Shown here: positions 15,001-30,000 of the stretch, in pieces | How the letters are laid out: every line of letters begins with the position of its first letter | Numbering within the stretch: position 1 is the stretch's first letter | DNA from: Candidatus Omnitrophota bacterium | GTDB lineage: Bacteria > Omnitrophota > Gorgyraeia > Duberdicusellales > 4484-171 | Assembly (NCBI GenBank): GCA_037146775.1 | Contig: JBAWWL010000001.1 | Span: 69,464 to 133,463, forward strand | DNA: 64,000 bases | Direction of reading: 5' to 3' | Translations under genes and position numbers: made by a program | Notes under the pieces: generated by a model | Databases searched by the model: none | What the model was told of the DNA's origin: nothing | The model's input: the letters and a program-made list of their open reading frames with translations, nothing else

Positions 15001-18000
15001 GAACTCTTTTTCCGAGGCACACATGAACAGAATTATTGAAAAAACAGGATGTATTAGCCAGTGGCATGGCGCGATAAATATTGGTAACAGCCAGGATGTT
15101 TTGGTTGTACTGGATAGTGATGTTAAAACCGTAACGAAACATCCCAATACCGCCATTATTACGTTTAAGGGTGCAAAGGCAGTGCTTGTGTGTGTCGGGG
15201 AATCCCTGGGTGCTGCCGAAATCGCTATTACCGCCAAAATAACAGATGTTACTAACTCAAAAACAGATGAAATTGCTGTTCAACCCGATCAAGCCGCGTA
15301 CGTTATCCGTGGGCACCATGATTTCTTAACCGCAACTGGTTTACTCAAACTTGCAGCAAGAAAGAAATTAACCATGGTCGATTTTCTTATTGCTGGCGAA
15401 GGTAATGTTTTAGGTATATCTCGTGGTGAGCTTTATGATAATTTAAGGCATATTTGGACAATAATGTGCCAAAGTATTGAACGGGGAATACACTCATCAG
15501 AGGCTACGCTCGCGCATTATGCCGGCGATGTTGCCGTTAAGATGCATGCTTATGCCACACAGAAGAGCGCCTTGCCCTATGATTGGTACTTAAGAGCGGC
15601 TGTGTATGCTATGGCTATAGCTGAAGAAAATGCCCGCGGACATTTGATTGTGGGTGCACCTACTGGCGGTTCTTGCGGGATTATTCCGGCAGTTCTATAT
15701 AGTTATGTAGAAATTATGCAACAACATGGACCGATTGAAGAAGATAAAATTCTTAATGCACTTATCCTTGCCCAGGCTATTGGTAGAATTATCCAGCATA
15801 ATTATACTTTAGCTGGATCGGTTGGGGGATGCCAGGCTGAAATTGGCAGTGCTACTGCCATGGCTGCCGCAGCCCTTATGTACTTAGAGGGCGGAACAGA
15901 TGAACAAATACTTAATGCTGCAACTTATGGTCTTTTAACTTGGTTAGGTACAACTTGCGAGCCGGTGGAAGGTTTTGTAGAAGTTCCTTGTATTGATCGT
16001 AACGGCTTGGGTGCTGCATTGGCTATCGCTAGCGTATTAACAATATTTGCCAAAGAAGAGGTGCCTGTTTTTAATCTTGCAGTTAGCCACATGCAAACCG
16101 CGGGGGCCAGTATACCGGCAATTTTTAAGGAAAATATTGCCGGAGCCTTGGGAACATTTACCGACAAAACTCTCGCTAAAACAATTGAGCGTTTACGTAA
16201 AGGTTTATCTCTTGCTTATCGTACCTATGTTCAATTTAAGACACACTTAAGTCTTTCTGCCTGGCGGTTCTCGGGTGGCGTCAAAAAGAGCGCATTAGAA
16301 AGTGTTTTAGAATCAAGGCCATATTATAACGGATTTTTCCCAAGGGCTCTCTATAACTTAAAAGTTTTAGCAACCGGCAGGTTTGGAAGTTCTTTGAATG
16401 ATCCTATCGCCGACGCAGCATATCAAGCAGTTGCAGAAATTATGGATATGCCGGAGATTGATTTTGCGGTCATCACGCCTTTTAGGAAAGCGCTATTTGA
16501 GCATATTGGTTATCCTCAGCTGAATATCCGCGGTCAATTAGCGGTATCAGCTGGTTTTAGTGCGGGAGTGCTTACTCATCTTTTGGGAGCTTCAAATATC
16601 GACTTGGTCCAGAATGCATGCGCTATCTCCACTGCTAATATGCTTGGAGCATTTTATCCGACGGAAGTTCCGCAAGCACCGTTACGCGCCGCAGCGCTAA
16701 TGAGTAGCTATCTTTCGGCAATAGGGATTTTGAGCGGAGTAAAACAACGGATAACCTTCCCTAAAGTGCTTGGGTCTCTTGAGCGAGTTAACAATTATCC
16801 AGCTTGTCAGGCTTGCCAACTTGCTTGTGGCCGTCATGGTAATGAGAAGGCCAGTTCAGCTTTAGATGATAGGAGTGGTCAGAAAGTAGCGGCTCAAAAA
16901 ATCCCAGCATACGATTACCAAGAAGTTTTGCGTATAATTGATTATCTTGATAGCACGAGATTAGAAAGTAATCTAAGGCAAAAGCTTGAGAGTACTGATA
17001 CCGAACCAGTATGGATAGCAGAGGATATTTTGAGGGACGCTGCAAGATTTGGGCGCATAGCTTCACGGGTTAAAGCTCTTTATAAACGAACGTATGGTAA
17101 GCTGCCTGATTTTAGAATAGCGGTCGATCCTTCGGGTGAAGGCATGTATGGCGCATACGAAGAGGATGTTATCGCCAGCTTTTTTGACCATGTTGGCGTA
17201 GCCATCGAAGATGATATGCTTGAGGTGGGAAGCGGCGATGGTAGTATTTCAGATTTTATGGCGCACAAATTTGGTATTAGGGCTACCGGTATTGAGGTGT
17301 GGCCCCCATACTGTGAATATGCTAATTTTCTTAGAGATGAACTTGTAAGAAGAAAATTTAATAAAGCAGGTACGGTCAGGTTTCTAAATAATAATTTTGC
17401 GGACGAAAGCGTTGATTTTTCACAATACTCATTAATATATTATGCGGCACTTGGCGCGAGAAGGAAAAGTGAGCTTGCTGCTAAATTAATTGGTGTGAAA
17501 GTAAAAAGTAAGACACTAATCCGCGGTTCCTGCGATGAGTTAGTGGAAGGTATTTTAGCATCCCATCCCGATTTTGCATTAAGAAAACTTGAGATAGAGC
17601 ATAACGGAGAACTTACCGGCATCAAGGCTAGGCTTTATACCAGAGTGGCAGTGACAAGTTACGAGCCTACTCTAAATGCCAAAGTTTCTTCTTCTTTATC
17701 AGTTCTTACTTCAGGGGTTGAGGCTTTTGTCCGTTGGCATAACTATGGTTTGCGTGATCCGCGTTTAGCCATGGAGCCGCTTGAGATTATCTTTGAGGAA
17801 CTAGAGTACGAAGGGCTTTATTTTCTCCGTGACGACCATGCTTCGAAGGTGACCATTCCCGTCAATAGTTATACACGCTTCATTATGGCTGAACCACAAA
17901 GGTTTCAGTCTTTACTTGATGATATCCTTTTTGACTGGCATATGCGTCAGACCCGCAAAATTTTAATTAACCAGCTTGGTTTTGAGAGGGACGAAATTTT

Positions 18001-21000
18001 ACGCGATTATATAATGTATAGCGAAAGTGAGCTAGCGCATATTCATTGTGCATTAGAATTAACAAGATTTTTAATGAGCGGAGTAAAAGCGATTGATCTT
18101 GGTTCGGGCTTAGGAGGGAGCGTGGGGTGGATGTTTAATTGTGGCGCTGACGTCCAGGGTGTGGATATTTTAGAGGAAAATAACCGCTTAGCAGTGCAGA
18201 ATGATCAGAGATTGGAAGGGAGGTTATATACTGGACACATTGTCCGGCTTCCGCAATTTGCCGAAGGAGTTTTTGATATCGCCCTATGTCTTGATATTAT
18301 TTATCTTATGCCTTTACGTTTGATATTCCTTGCTGTGAAAGAGGCTGGGCGAATTCTTAAACCAGGCGGAAAGCTCGCTATTCATTCTCGTTATTCATGT
18401 GGCATGACTGAACAAACACATTTAGTTTCTTTTAAACAATGGGAAGACATTTCTCAAAGAGCCGGCCTTGAGCCCGAAGGAAATGATCTAAAATATATTG
18501 GTAATGACGGATTTATTATCTTTGGCCGTAAGAGACTTGATGTGTCTTTATCGCCAAGTGATTGCCGTCCATTTTCTCAATGTTCAAGCCCCACAGTTTC
18601 TGTTTCCGAAACACTGAGCGTCATTATTTTGCAAGATATGTTTAATACAACAGCAACAACGGATTTTCGCCAAGCTCATCATCCGGATTTAGCAGAAATC
18701 GAAGCCATGTATGATGCGAAAGCAGGCGTGTTAGGCGCTTATGCCAGTTCCTCGGTTGATTTCATAGAGCCCAAACCTCTTGGGCGGTTATTGTTTCATT
18801 CGGTCATGAATAGCTCTATTTCATTTTCTGCTTCAAGCGCTATATCTGCGTTACAGCGTTCATTTAGAGGGCAGACGCCGGTTTTATGGCTTGAGCTAGG
18901 CATGTCTCAAGGAAAGTATTTTGCCAAGCTTGGTGAGATTAGCGAATTAGCAATGGTTTTTAGCAAGGTAGCTAATAAAAAAGGAAAATACTCCGAAGAA
19001 GGGAAATATCTTGTCGAAGTTTTAGACGATGCCCTGAAACATACAAAAGTAAAAGGCAATCCTGTTTGGTTAAAGGCAACTAAGAGCTTTTCTGATATGT
19101 TAAAGGGTGCCTTTGCCGCGCCTGTTGAGGGGAAATATCCCCTTTATCCTTGTACCAATCTTGCCCATCAGGCTTTGATCGAAATGGTGCGGCAGTGGCC
19201 GAAACGCGAACGGCACACGCACGTGACCATGTCTATTTCACCATTAATGGTAATAGGTGAACTTAAAGAATTGCAATCGTTACCAGGTTATCGAACAGCT
19301 CTTTTAAATAAGTTTAAGCAATCAATTTCTAATCAGCCAAAGAAGGAAGACGCGCATAGAACATTTTATGAATTGCTGCAGAAGTCTAGTGATTGGCGTG
19401 ATTTGCCGGAAGATGAAGTATGGGAATTCATGAAAGACACGGGTATTCGTGATGATTATTGGATGGATTTACTTAAGCAAGATGATTACATAAAGGTATT
19501 AATAAGGCTTATCGTTGGGGTTGTCAGACAGAATTTTACTGACGGTATTACTGATCTGGAGTTACGTTTTAATCCCTTCAAGCCTTTTGGCGATAAAACC
19601 GTTGGCTGGAAAGAAGTAAAGACTTACCTAGAAAAATTAACCGAAGCAATTAAAACTGTCGAAGGAGAGGCTGACGCGGCTTTTGGACGCAGTCACCGGG
19701 TTTCCTACATGTTTTCTTTTAATAGAAGAGGCATGAGAAGAATTGATATCGCAAAAAAAGGTAAACACTTCAAAGAGGTTAGAAAAGAATGGAAAAGAAA
19801 ATTCTTTGCCCTACGTGTTTTAAGAAGAAAATGTGATCCTGAATTAAAAAATCGTTTAAACGGTATTGATATTTCTGGGGGTGAGCCTTTTGATGGTTTA
19901 GCTAAAGTTACGGTTGAGGATATTACGCGGGATTACGCTTTAATTTGGTTAGCCAACCAATTAAAAAAATTAAAAGAACAGGGTTATGAGATAAGCATGC
20001 ATTTGGGCGATTTTACTGCTCGAAGGCCTCCGGATGATCTTGATGGCCATATTGTATTTATCAGGGCTCATCTTGAAGCTTTAGAAGGTATTGTTGACAG
20101 AATAGGCCATGGTAGGATGCTTACTCCCGGAATGGTCCCTGTATGGGGTAAAGATAGTAAATGTTCATGGAAGAAGGTGTCTGAAACCTTAAGCCTTTTA
20201 GACGATTTCAGACAGAAGTATCCCCAGGTTATTATTGAAACAACACAAGAAACAGATACACAGGATTTAGTAATTTTACGGGAAAATTATCCCAACTACT
20301 GGTGGTATGAAAATGATTATAAAATGGAGATAGTATATGGTTCGGATGGTCTTTATACTAATCCGCCTACTACTTTGTCGCAGTGGCTTGTGCGATTGAT
20401 GTTGGCATCGCCTACACCCATGTATCCTTCGCAAGGAAGAATTAATGGCATTACCGTTAAGCAAATGCACACTGCGGTATCCAGTCCTGTATTGCCAAGA
20501 GAAAGATTGGGCCATGCCTTGCCGGGTATAGTCAACAAAGTTTCGATAATTAATGGAATTACCTCTCGCGGACCGCCGGAGCAATTTGAAAGTGTAACCA
20601 GCTCGCCCGCTACCGCTAAAGTAGATGTCAATGAAGTTGTGCGTGATGCGCTTTCTGTCGGCCAAAAAATCCAATTAGCATTTACGGAAAACCAATTGCG
20701 GGTTGACGTGCAATATTATAGAGGCCGCTTGCCGAAACTTTCTATAGACCGCAACAAATTACAATCTGCCATTTCAGAGGTATTCTGGAACGCAATAGAT
20801 CATTCCCCTCGAGGAGGAACAATAACCGTAAGAGTATCTTTGGAAGGTCGTAATCCCGCCAAAAGGAACGTAATAGTTTTTATTTTTAATCAAGGCGTGG
20901 GTGTAGACATAGCGACAATAGTGCGGTCAGCTCTTGGTTTAGGAGTGATCTCAGTCGATATGGTCAGCCAGCTTTCTATGCAAGATAAGCTAAATTTGGT

Positions 21001-24000
21001 TTTTGAAGAACATGTTACCACGAAGGAAAAAGAGATTGGTGGCTTAGGTTTATTTCTTGCCCGCCAAGACATTGAAGGCTGCGGCGGTACCATTGAAATA
21101 TATTCTACACGAGGTGTTGGGGTGTTAGTTGCGATAGTTTTGCCTGTTAAGACAGGAGCAAATTTAGTGATTTCGTCGGATAAAAAAATAAGTTCGCCTA
21201 TCGCAACGTATCAGAACCATTCTTTCAGGCAGCATTGGCCGGTAATAGATGAAGAAAAGGAGCGCAAACAAACATTCGAGCTGGTTTTTAAAGTATTTAA
21301 CCGCGCTGGCTGGTTTATTCCGGATTTAAGAGAGGCGCAGGCCTTATGCGAAGAAGCGCTTGAACTTTATCCCGCAGAAATTGACTTCTTAGAGATTTTA
21401 GCAGAGATTTATTATCGTTTAAGAGAATACAGACGCATAGTTACCTTGCTTGAACCGGTCGTTGCAATTGATACTGCATATTTACGCTGGTTTGAATGGC
21501 TTGCTAGGGCGGAGGAGAAATTAGATAACGATCACGGCGCGATTATGTATCGTGAAGCGATTGCACAAAGAAATCCTTCTGATAGTGGCAATAACCATCG
21601 TTTGAGTTCGTTATATTCCCGCACGCAAAATCGTAAAACCCGTAGCTCCTCACCAAGCGTAGTTTTAGATAATTTTTTTGCCGTTTCTAGTCCCCTGCAA
21701 CAAACTAAACCCTGGAAGGGTCAGGAGTCAATTACGCAAGTGGCCGAGCGAGCGCTTGAATTATTTCGTAGCCAACCTTACCGTAGTATTTGGCCTGCGG
21801 ATGCTCATTTGATAATAGATACAGGATTCTCCGAGCCGCAAATACTTAAATATCGCAGCCAAATAAGGCAGGAAGTTTTACGTTTAGCTAGCCTCCAAGA
21901 GGATTATTACCGGCGCGTTTCGCTGGAATTAAGAATCATTTTTGCTAACCAGTGTCAACTCAAACAAAAAGGAAAAGGTTGTGTTGACCCGCTGCTTTTG
22001 GCCGTATCTATATTAACTGCGGCAAGAGACCGGCTGCAGCCTACAGAATTAATCCGAGAAAATTTAATTTTACGCTCATCCCGAGTGGCCGCGATGCTTA
22101 AACGGGCTTATGATGATGGTAATAAAGATATTGTCATGGCCAAAGAACAATTACTGCATACAAACACCGTACTTTTTGAGTATATTAATTATTGGTTGGC
22201 TAGGCTATTCTTAGAGGCACGTATTTTTGATATTGAGCAAATTATTGTTTCTTTTAACCAAAAGGGAATTAAAAGCGTGCAGCTGGCAAAGGGAAAAGCA
22301 ATTGAAGAGCAAATGATGCAGGAAACCACCAGAAAACATGTCATTACTTTATTTGAGGCTATTGCCAGGCTAAAAAGTAGCGATCCCGATTTGTGTGGTA
22401 TTGTTTTGTTGAATGCCAGGGATGCGCAAAGATTGACCGGCGTTTGCACTGTAGCGCAGCGCGAAACCTGGGAACCGATGAATGACTTGCTCACGCAGGT
22501 ATTTTCAGCCGGCCCGGAAAAATGTGGTCCGGATAACGATCCTTTACGTAAAGCCGCAGAGCATTTACGCGCAGCCGCTGATATCAAAGGAAAAACCTGG
22601 CGGGTGGCCATTGCCGGACAGAAAAAAGGTTACACGCATACCCACACCGCAGTTGCGCAAGGGATAATTCTAGCCGTAGAAAAGATAGTTGTTGCTGAGC
22701 ATAGGGTTGAGCCGCGCACCTTTACTTTTACCCGCGCCAATATAGAAGAACTCTTGGAAAAATCATGTTTTCATCATCTCGAAGACGGCGGTTTGAGCGT
22801 TTTGGCGTCAGTGAAGCAGTGCGTGGATTACGCGCTTTCTGATGTTATACCGGAAGACCAAAACAGCGACCAGTATTATTGGTATTTATTAGGCCAAAGC
22901 TTAAGAAGGCTTCGGGCGAATATAGTTATTGTTGAACAAGGCTGGTCAGATGCGCGTTTACAAGGAGAAGAAGGTATAGAGCATTTAATACAATGCTCTG
23001 CTAGGTTTGCCTGCGATTTATTCTTACGCGAACCGCAGCGTAGTATCTGGCCAGGTGCTGAGAGGTTGATTCAAGAAACCGGACTTAACCCTGCGCATAC
23101 GTACAAATATTCAGAAAGAATAGAAGAAGAAACATTGATGTTAGCAAAAGCTGCGCCAGCGCAAAGCCGGCGTAGCCTCATCCAACGTATTTCTTTCGCC
23201 ATTCATTATTATCGCATGAATAAACTTAAACTTGCCGGAGTGAAGGGTTGTACTGATCCTTTGGTGGTAGCAAGAAAGATAATAGCTGTTACTGCCAGAG
23301 AAGTACGCGCTGGAAGAATAATTGCCGAAAAAGAAATAGATTTAAGGCGTAATCATATTGAAGTCGCTGCGCAATTAGGCAGAAACCTGCTTTCTAAAAA
23401 ACATGCCCATGAATTGATATGCGCTATACATTTCTGGATGGTATTATTTTTCCAGGAACCTTCCGTATATGGGGTAGAAGAGGAAGTTAGTGCACTTACC
23501 TCAAGAGGCGTTGAGAGATTGCGCATTCAATTTATCCGTAAAAACGAAGAGCCTGTCCAAACAGCAAAAACTTTACATCACCTTGAGACAATACTGGCTT
23601 TAGCAATATTGGCCCCCGAAACAGATGTCGTTCAGGCAGTAGCTGGGGTTACGACACAGGTTGTATTAGCTGTTGATGCGCCTGAAGTTATAATACCTGT
23701 TGATCTAGGGACAGTTTTAGAAGATAGTGTTTTACCACCGTCCCCTGCAATCGCTCCGGCTTTAGGCGCTGCTGTTCTTGTAACTGAATCTTTTAGTGGT
23801 CAGATTCCCGCAGAAGTCATCGCGGCTAAACCAACCCTGGAAACTCAAGTCTTAACAGAACCAGCCACCGTATTAGCTGCAGTTACCAAGGATGAAGTTC
23901 GTGTTCCAGGGCAAGCCGGCATAGTTCCTTTAACTAGCCAACCGCGTTTAGTGGCAATAAATAAGCCGGAAAACGTTATGGTTGGCAAAAAATTTACGAT

Positions 24001-27000
24001 TATAGTTGAAATTTTAGATGTACAGGGAAATCCTGATGTAAAAGTGAGAGAGAAAATTACTTTTGAATCAAGCGATAGTGAAGCAAGCTATCCCACTAAA
24101 CCATATTATTTTACAAAACAAGACCAAGGCCAGCATGTTTTTAGTATAACTTTTGGAACTGTGGGGAGACAATGTTTGATTATCGCAGATTCCCACGATC
24201 ATTCATTAACTTTAAGTTTTGCGGTGGAGCCTACCTTAGAGCAAAGAACCGCATCTGAAGTTGAGCCCGTAGCGCATGTCCATGAATTTGTGAGCATTTC
24301 TCCCGAAACTCAGGCACAAGAGAGGTTATCGGGAGAAAATTTAAAAATTATGCAGGCAGGTATTGAGCATTTGCGTAGAGGCTGCACGAATATTATTATT
24401 ATGGGGAAAATTAAACTGATTGAAGAAGCCTTAGTTATGATTCATATCATGCAAGCCTTTACTCGAGGCCTCTGGAGTAGAACGGAAATTCGTTATGGTG
24501 GAGGAATGACAGAGGCGAATGTAAGAGAAGCATATCTGGCAATGCGTCATGATATTGAGGCCGGCGAAACCGATAACGTAATGGAAGGCACTCGTATCTC
24601 AGGTATTTTTTCAAGAATTGAGGTAATAGAAGATGGATTAAACCGCTCTATTGGGGTATTGCCGAGATCCATGGATTCGCTTGAACAGGTGTATTCAGTA
24701 ACCTTAGAATTACTCCGCGCAAGGGTCCCGCATCGAGAAGGCGAAGAAGACCCGATTTTAAATTTTATGTGCACTCTGTTGCTTCTTGAGGACCGCCGCT
24801 TACGTGATGAAGAATTAACCGTTCAACTCCAGAGAGCTAAAGAGCGCGTTATTGAAATAGCGCTTGAGGCCTATGGTCATGCTAGGTTAGCTATTGCAAG
24901 CGGTAATTTTTTGAAATTAGATAATTTACACGTGGCACTTACAAAAAAATGTGAAGAACTGAAAGCTTCTTATCAGATAGAGATGCGCGGATCATGGGCC
25001 AGTATTGAAAATATCTTTGAGCAGGAAAGAATAGAGATTTCTGAAGCTAATCTTGCTGGAGCTTTGGGAGAATTTATCGGAGATTCCATAGAGGTAGATC
25101 TAAAAATGACCTATTGGTTTTTAGCTATCCGACGTAGTTGGCGCCAAGAATTATTTCTTTTTGTCAGAAGCAGGGGTGATTTTATCCCAGGGTGTGTAAA
25201 TATAATGGAAGCGCAACCAAATCGTTCCGCAAAAAAGAAGAAATTACATCAGCCGGTTACTACTAATCAACTTATTGTTGTATCCGGAACAGAAGGCTTT
25301 AGCTATTTTCAGGTTTATAAACGCACTCTTTTAGTCAGTGATGGCAGTAAGGTGAGGTTGTTTAGGTTGGATGATCAAACTGCGGTTTTTGAACAAGTAT
25401 TGATTAATCCTTCGCAGTCCCAAAAAGGAGCGCCTTGCGGGCAAAAATTGGGGATTTCTGCGAAGGAGGCAGCCACCGGCCTGCCGCTTGTTACGACGAG
25501 TCCGCGGGGTTCCGCTGGTAAAAATGATATTCCGGAGTTAGTAATATCTCAAGATATTCCGCCGCAAAGGCGTAAAGACTTATTTGAAATCACCCTTGTC
25601 GGTGGAGGGATCTTGAAACTTGATGAAAACGGAATTATCCCTGCACTTAAAAAAGCGGAAACTCGGCACCATTTAATGCAGGACGAAGCTTCTTCCCCCA
25701 TATCTTACGAAAAGGAAAATTTTTCGCGCGCGCTTAAATTACCAAAGCCAATGCGGGTTATACGTATTGTTTCGGCAATAGCTATACCTATAATCGCAGT
25801 TATACTTTCCGTATATTTTGGCGGCTATTATATTTTATTAGTGGAATCAGGATTTTTTAGTTCCTTAGTTACCCAGACGATTGTTGGAGGTTTATCTCTT
25901 GGCTTTGGGATGTATATTGAACAGTCTTTGCGGGGAGCACTCCTGAGTCGCACTAATCTTGGAAAAATAATGCGTTTGACATTATTCGGCGGGCTCTATT
26001 TGGCAATTTTTGTCTTCGGAGCGTGGTATTGGTTTTTAAATAATTATGTTCCCAGTGTATTCTGGAAAGTTTTCCTTGACCTTACCTTATTTGCTTTTTT
26101 TGTCGTCATTCCCTGCAACTTTTTTATCTATAAATATTTAGTTTGCCTGAACCGGGAAAAAATGGATTTGTGCGAGACTTTAAAACGCGCATTACAGTAT
26201 TTTGTTTTTAACGCTCTTTGGTGGGGTTTATGGCTTGGAATAGGATGGGCCTATTATCCTCAGTATATTGTTCTTATCGCGGTTAATTCCCAGATTCTTT
26301 GGTCAGGATTTATGATGTATTGGCTTGAATCTTGGATTGAGGCAGCACATAAAGAAAGTAAAGCAGGGAGTGCTGCTAAAGATTTACGCCAAGGAAATAG
26401 ACAAAATCCAACCGCTAGTTCCCCGCATACATCTTCCTCTCCGCTTTCTTTAGGTATACCAGAGTTTTCATTGCCTTTATTTAATGGGCCGGTGTTTATC
26501 AATAAACAGCATGTATATACGGAGACTCCTCCAGACATAGATATGGATGATTTTTTAAGCCGAGCTCCTAATTTACCAAGCTTACAGGCTTTACGTTTAT
26601 CCCGAATGCTAGAGAAGGCAGGATTTGCTGGTGATGATGTAGTGGTTAATGGGCAAAGGCGTATTGTGCTTATGGGTGGGATAGTTGAGCTCTGCCTGGT
26701 AAAAGAATTTGCGCGTATAGCCATGAGAGCTGCCCAACAAGAGGAAAAAGTAGAAGTGCTAATGTCTTTGGACACGCTTGTGTCCGATGAGTTGATATTT
26801 GTTGGAAACGAGAGGAAATTTCTAAAGCGTTATTTTTCTATCACCGATTCCGAAAGCCCCTACATTACAATCTTAAATATCTTGTGGCTTAATTACGCTA
26901 TTGTAATTTTGCAAAGCGATATGGTAATTGTCGGAGAAAATCAAAAAATAGTCATCCGTATTTTTTCTAAAAAAGAAGATTTATTTGAATATATAAGAGA

Positions 27001-30000
27001 TACTTATGGGCAACTTGCTAGCTCTTCAGTTCTTCAACATTATCCGGTTGAATTTTATTGGAATAGAAAAGAAGTTTATCCGGTTGCTTGGGGTGATTTT
27101 AATGAACCTGGGCATAAATGGCTTGAGGTTCCGGTATCAAATAGGATTAATTTTATGCCAAACGTGGCACAATATATCCGTTTTATCGAGCTTCTAGAAG
27201 GTTTGGGTATTCATACTGGTTTCAACGATCCAAACAGCTTAAGAACTTTACAAGGAAATCCTTGTATTCTGGGTGTTGTTGGTAGCCCAGGCACCGGAGC
27301 AAAACATCCCGCCATATCATTCTTGAAGCCCGATCAGCCAACCAATATTGTTATTGTTCAGCTTGGCGATGTTGCGAGCTTGAGCGATGAAGATTATATT
27401 AACGGATACGTTGTGGCTAAACGCAGGCAAGGAGCAGTAATTTTGTCAGCGCACTTAGTTACAATTGACGCGGTGCTTTGTTATGGCAGAGACAGTCAAG
27501 GGCTAGATATATTTGAGGTTGTTTTGCCTTCTTCTGGCGCAAAACTTATCTCCAGTAAAACATTTCCAGTAAATGGAATAACTAGCTCGCCGCTCAATTC
27601 TCACCCAGTACTCAGTACTCAAGACTCACGACTAAATAAAATCAGTTCACCGCTATCAAGTAGGCGTTCCGGCATTTCCCGCTTTAAAGACGAATTAGCT
27701 GAATGTGAAAAGTTTAGCGGGCTTTCTACTTTGTATTCTCAAGGGGTGCTTGGGCTTCAGCCCGAAGACGAGAGTATTTTTTCTCAAGTACCGCGTGCGG
27801 GATATTTTTATGAATTCTGGTGGCCAAGTACGTTTAAAGGGCCAGAATATTTAAAACTATGGAATATGGAACTTTGTTGGAATGGTTATCAAATTGCTTT
27901 TGGAAATATTAAATTTGTACCCATAGAGAAAGACGGCCGCCAGGGTTATGCGGTTTCGCTGTATACGTGTGACAGTTATGTATTCTTTACCGGTTTCGGT
28001 TTCGTTTATGATTTATTTGCCCGCATGCTTTTACGTTCTTTTGATATTGCCAGAATCCAGGGCATTGGTCCTATTATGAGGTTGGACAGGTATTATCATT
28101 CCGGAATTGATTTATCGCGCGACAGGGATGAGAAAAAATATGTGCATATTTTGCATACTTTGGGTTTTGATAAACATTCCACGCGTTTTGGCTATCTTAG
28201 AATAGATGACCGCGGATGGATGAGTGCTCGGCCGCAAGATTTCTATGCGGCACTTCGCACAAAAAGGCGTGAACTTTTTTATGCAAAGCGAGCCCAAAAA
28301 ATGCTTGGTAGCGGTCAAACGCCCAGCTTTTTAGATTGGATGTCAGGAGAATGGAGAAACGAGAGAGCTATCGAAAGTGTGCATAACGAAGTAGCTCTTA
28401 ATATGATATGTGAACAGCTGCGTGCTCACGCAACAGAAGTTAATCCAGATATCTTTTCAAGAGTAATAAGTAGGCAAGTTTATTTAAGCAGCCGGCCGGT
28501 TTCTTCGGCGATTTCGATTATTCCGGATAGCGCAGAGATTAACCGTATTCATAATCAATTCAGCGGCGAATTCGTCCGTAAACTCATTGTGTGGCGGCTT
28601 GATGCCGCAGGACAAACACGCGCACATACCTTAGATGTTTTGGTATACAATCAACTCGATACTCAGGGCAAAGAAATAATGAAAGAATTACTTAGTCACT
28701 GGCCTCGGGAAGCAGAAATACTTAGCAGACTTAATGATTTGTTGAGTTGCTCTATAGATCATCGTTATCGCAGTAGCCATCTTGATTTTCAGGCGGCATT
28801 TGAATTATTGGATACTATCGGTAGAAGTTCAGCGCTCATGGTTACACATGCCGATGTTTTAACTACTATTCTTTCTAATGAGGAACTCGGTAAAGAATTA
28901 GAAGCGTTATTGTTGTCAGCATTGTCTATCGCTCGTCCCGTTCCTCAAGCAATTACCGATCAGCTTCCTTTGGTTGATGATGCTTATCTTGCTGTTTCAA
29001 AGAATGAAGCGGGCAGCATTGAGGCGGTAGAGTCTATAGTTTTTGTTTCGTATGGAGGAAGTACAAACACGGTTTTTCTATGGAAGAATGCTCCGCATAA
29101 TTCGCTTATACCTTTATGGTTTGAGAAAGGATATATACAAGTTTCTGGTTTGTATCGGGATTTTGACGTAGGCAGACAATTAGTTGCTTTTGCTGGAGAG
29201 TCTGCGGTAGGCGCTGACAAAAATATGGAGTTTTTGCTTTCAGGATTTGCTGCTGATGAAGCATTAAAATCAATGGGTTTTCGGCGTGGAATCAGCACCT
29301 ATAATACAGCCGAAATTAGGCAAGTTATCACAGCATTTTCTCGCGCTACTGCTGGGAAACTACACCAAAGCGTGTTGGCAGGAGATACAGAAGGCCTGCA
29401 ATTACTTAATACTTTGCTTCGCAACGCTTCAAGCTCGCCGCTCCAGAAAAAGCCTCAGGAAAAATTTAGTGCAGATTCTGGTTTCTCTCCGCTTGATGGC
29501 TCTTCGAAAGCCCCTGTTGTAATAAATAATCCGCGGCTTATCCGGGTTCATTTTGACGGTATTGCTAGATATGTTCCACAGGGACTGGCGGTTATTGAAG
29601 AACGAATTGCATCTTGGTTAAGACGTAATCCTATTTCTAGTCAGACAAGTCTTTTATACTATCCAAAGGACAACTTTTCGGCTCATGAAATTTTCACTAC
29701 AACCGGGTATATTCCGAATGAAGCTTTTTTAGGATTTGCCGAGAGTGAATTTATTTTAACCGGTGGGTCAATCGTCTGCTTAATTAACGCACTTTATTCT
29801 TTATGGACGTACTATGCTCGCAACGGGCAGGGTGTGCGTTTTATTGTCGCCCACGATTGTTGCTATGCCGTAGGTAAACCAGGCTACTTTTTATCTATCG
29901 TAAATGGTGATTCCCACGATTTATGGAAAAAGCCACATGAGGGGATTTTAAGAGATTTAGGTATTTTGTATTACCAAAACCGTATTGGCGGTTTTCCTGG

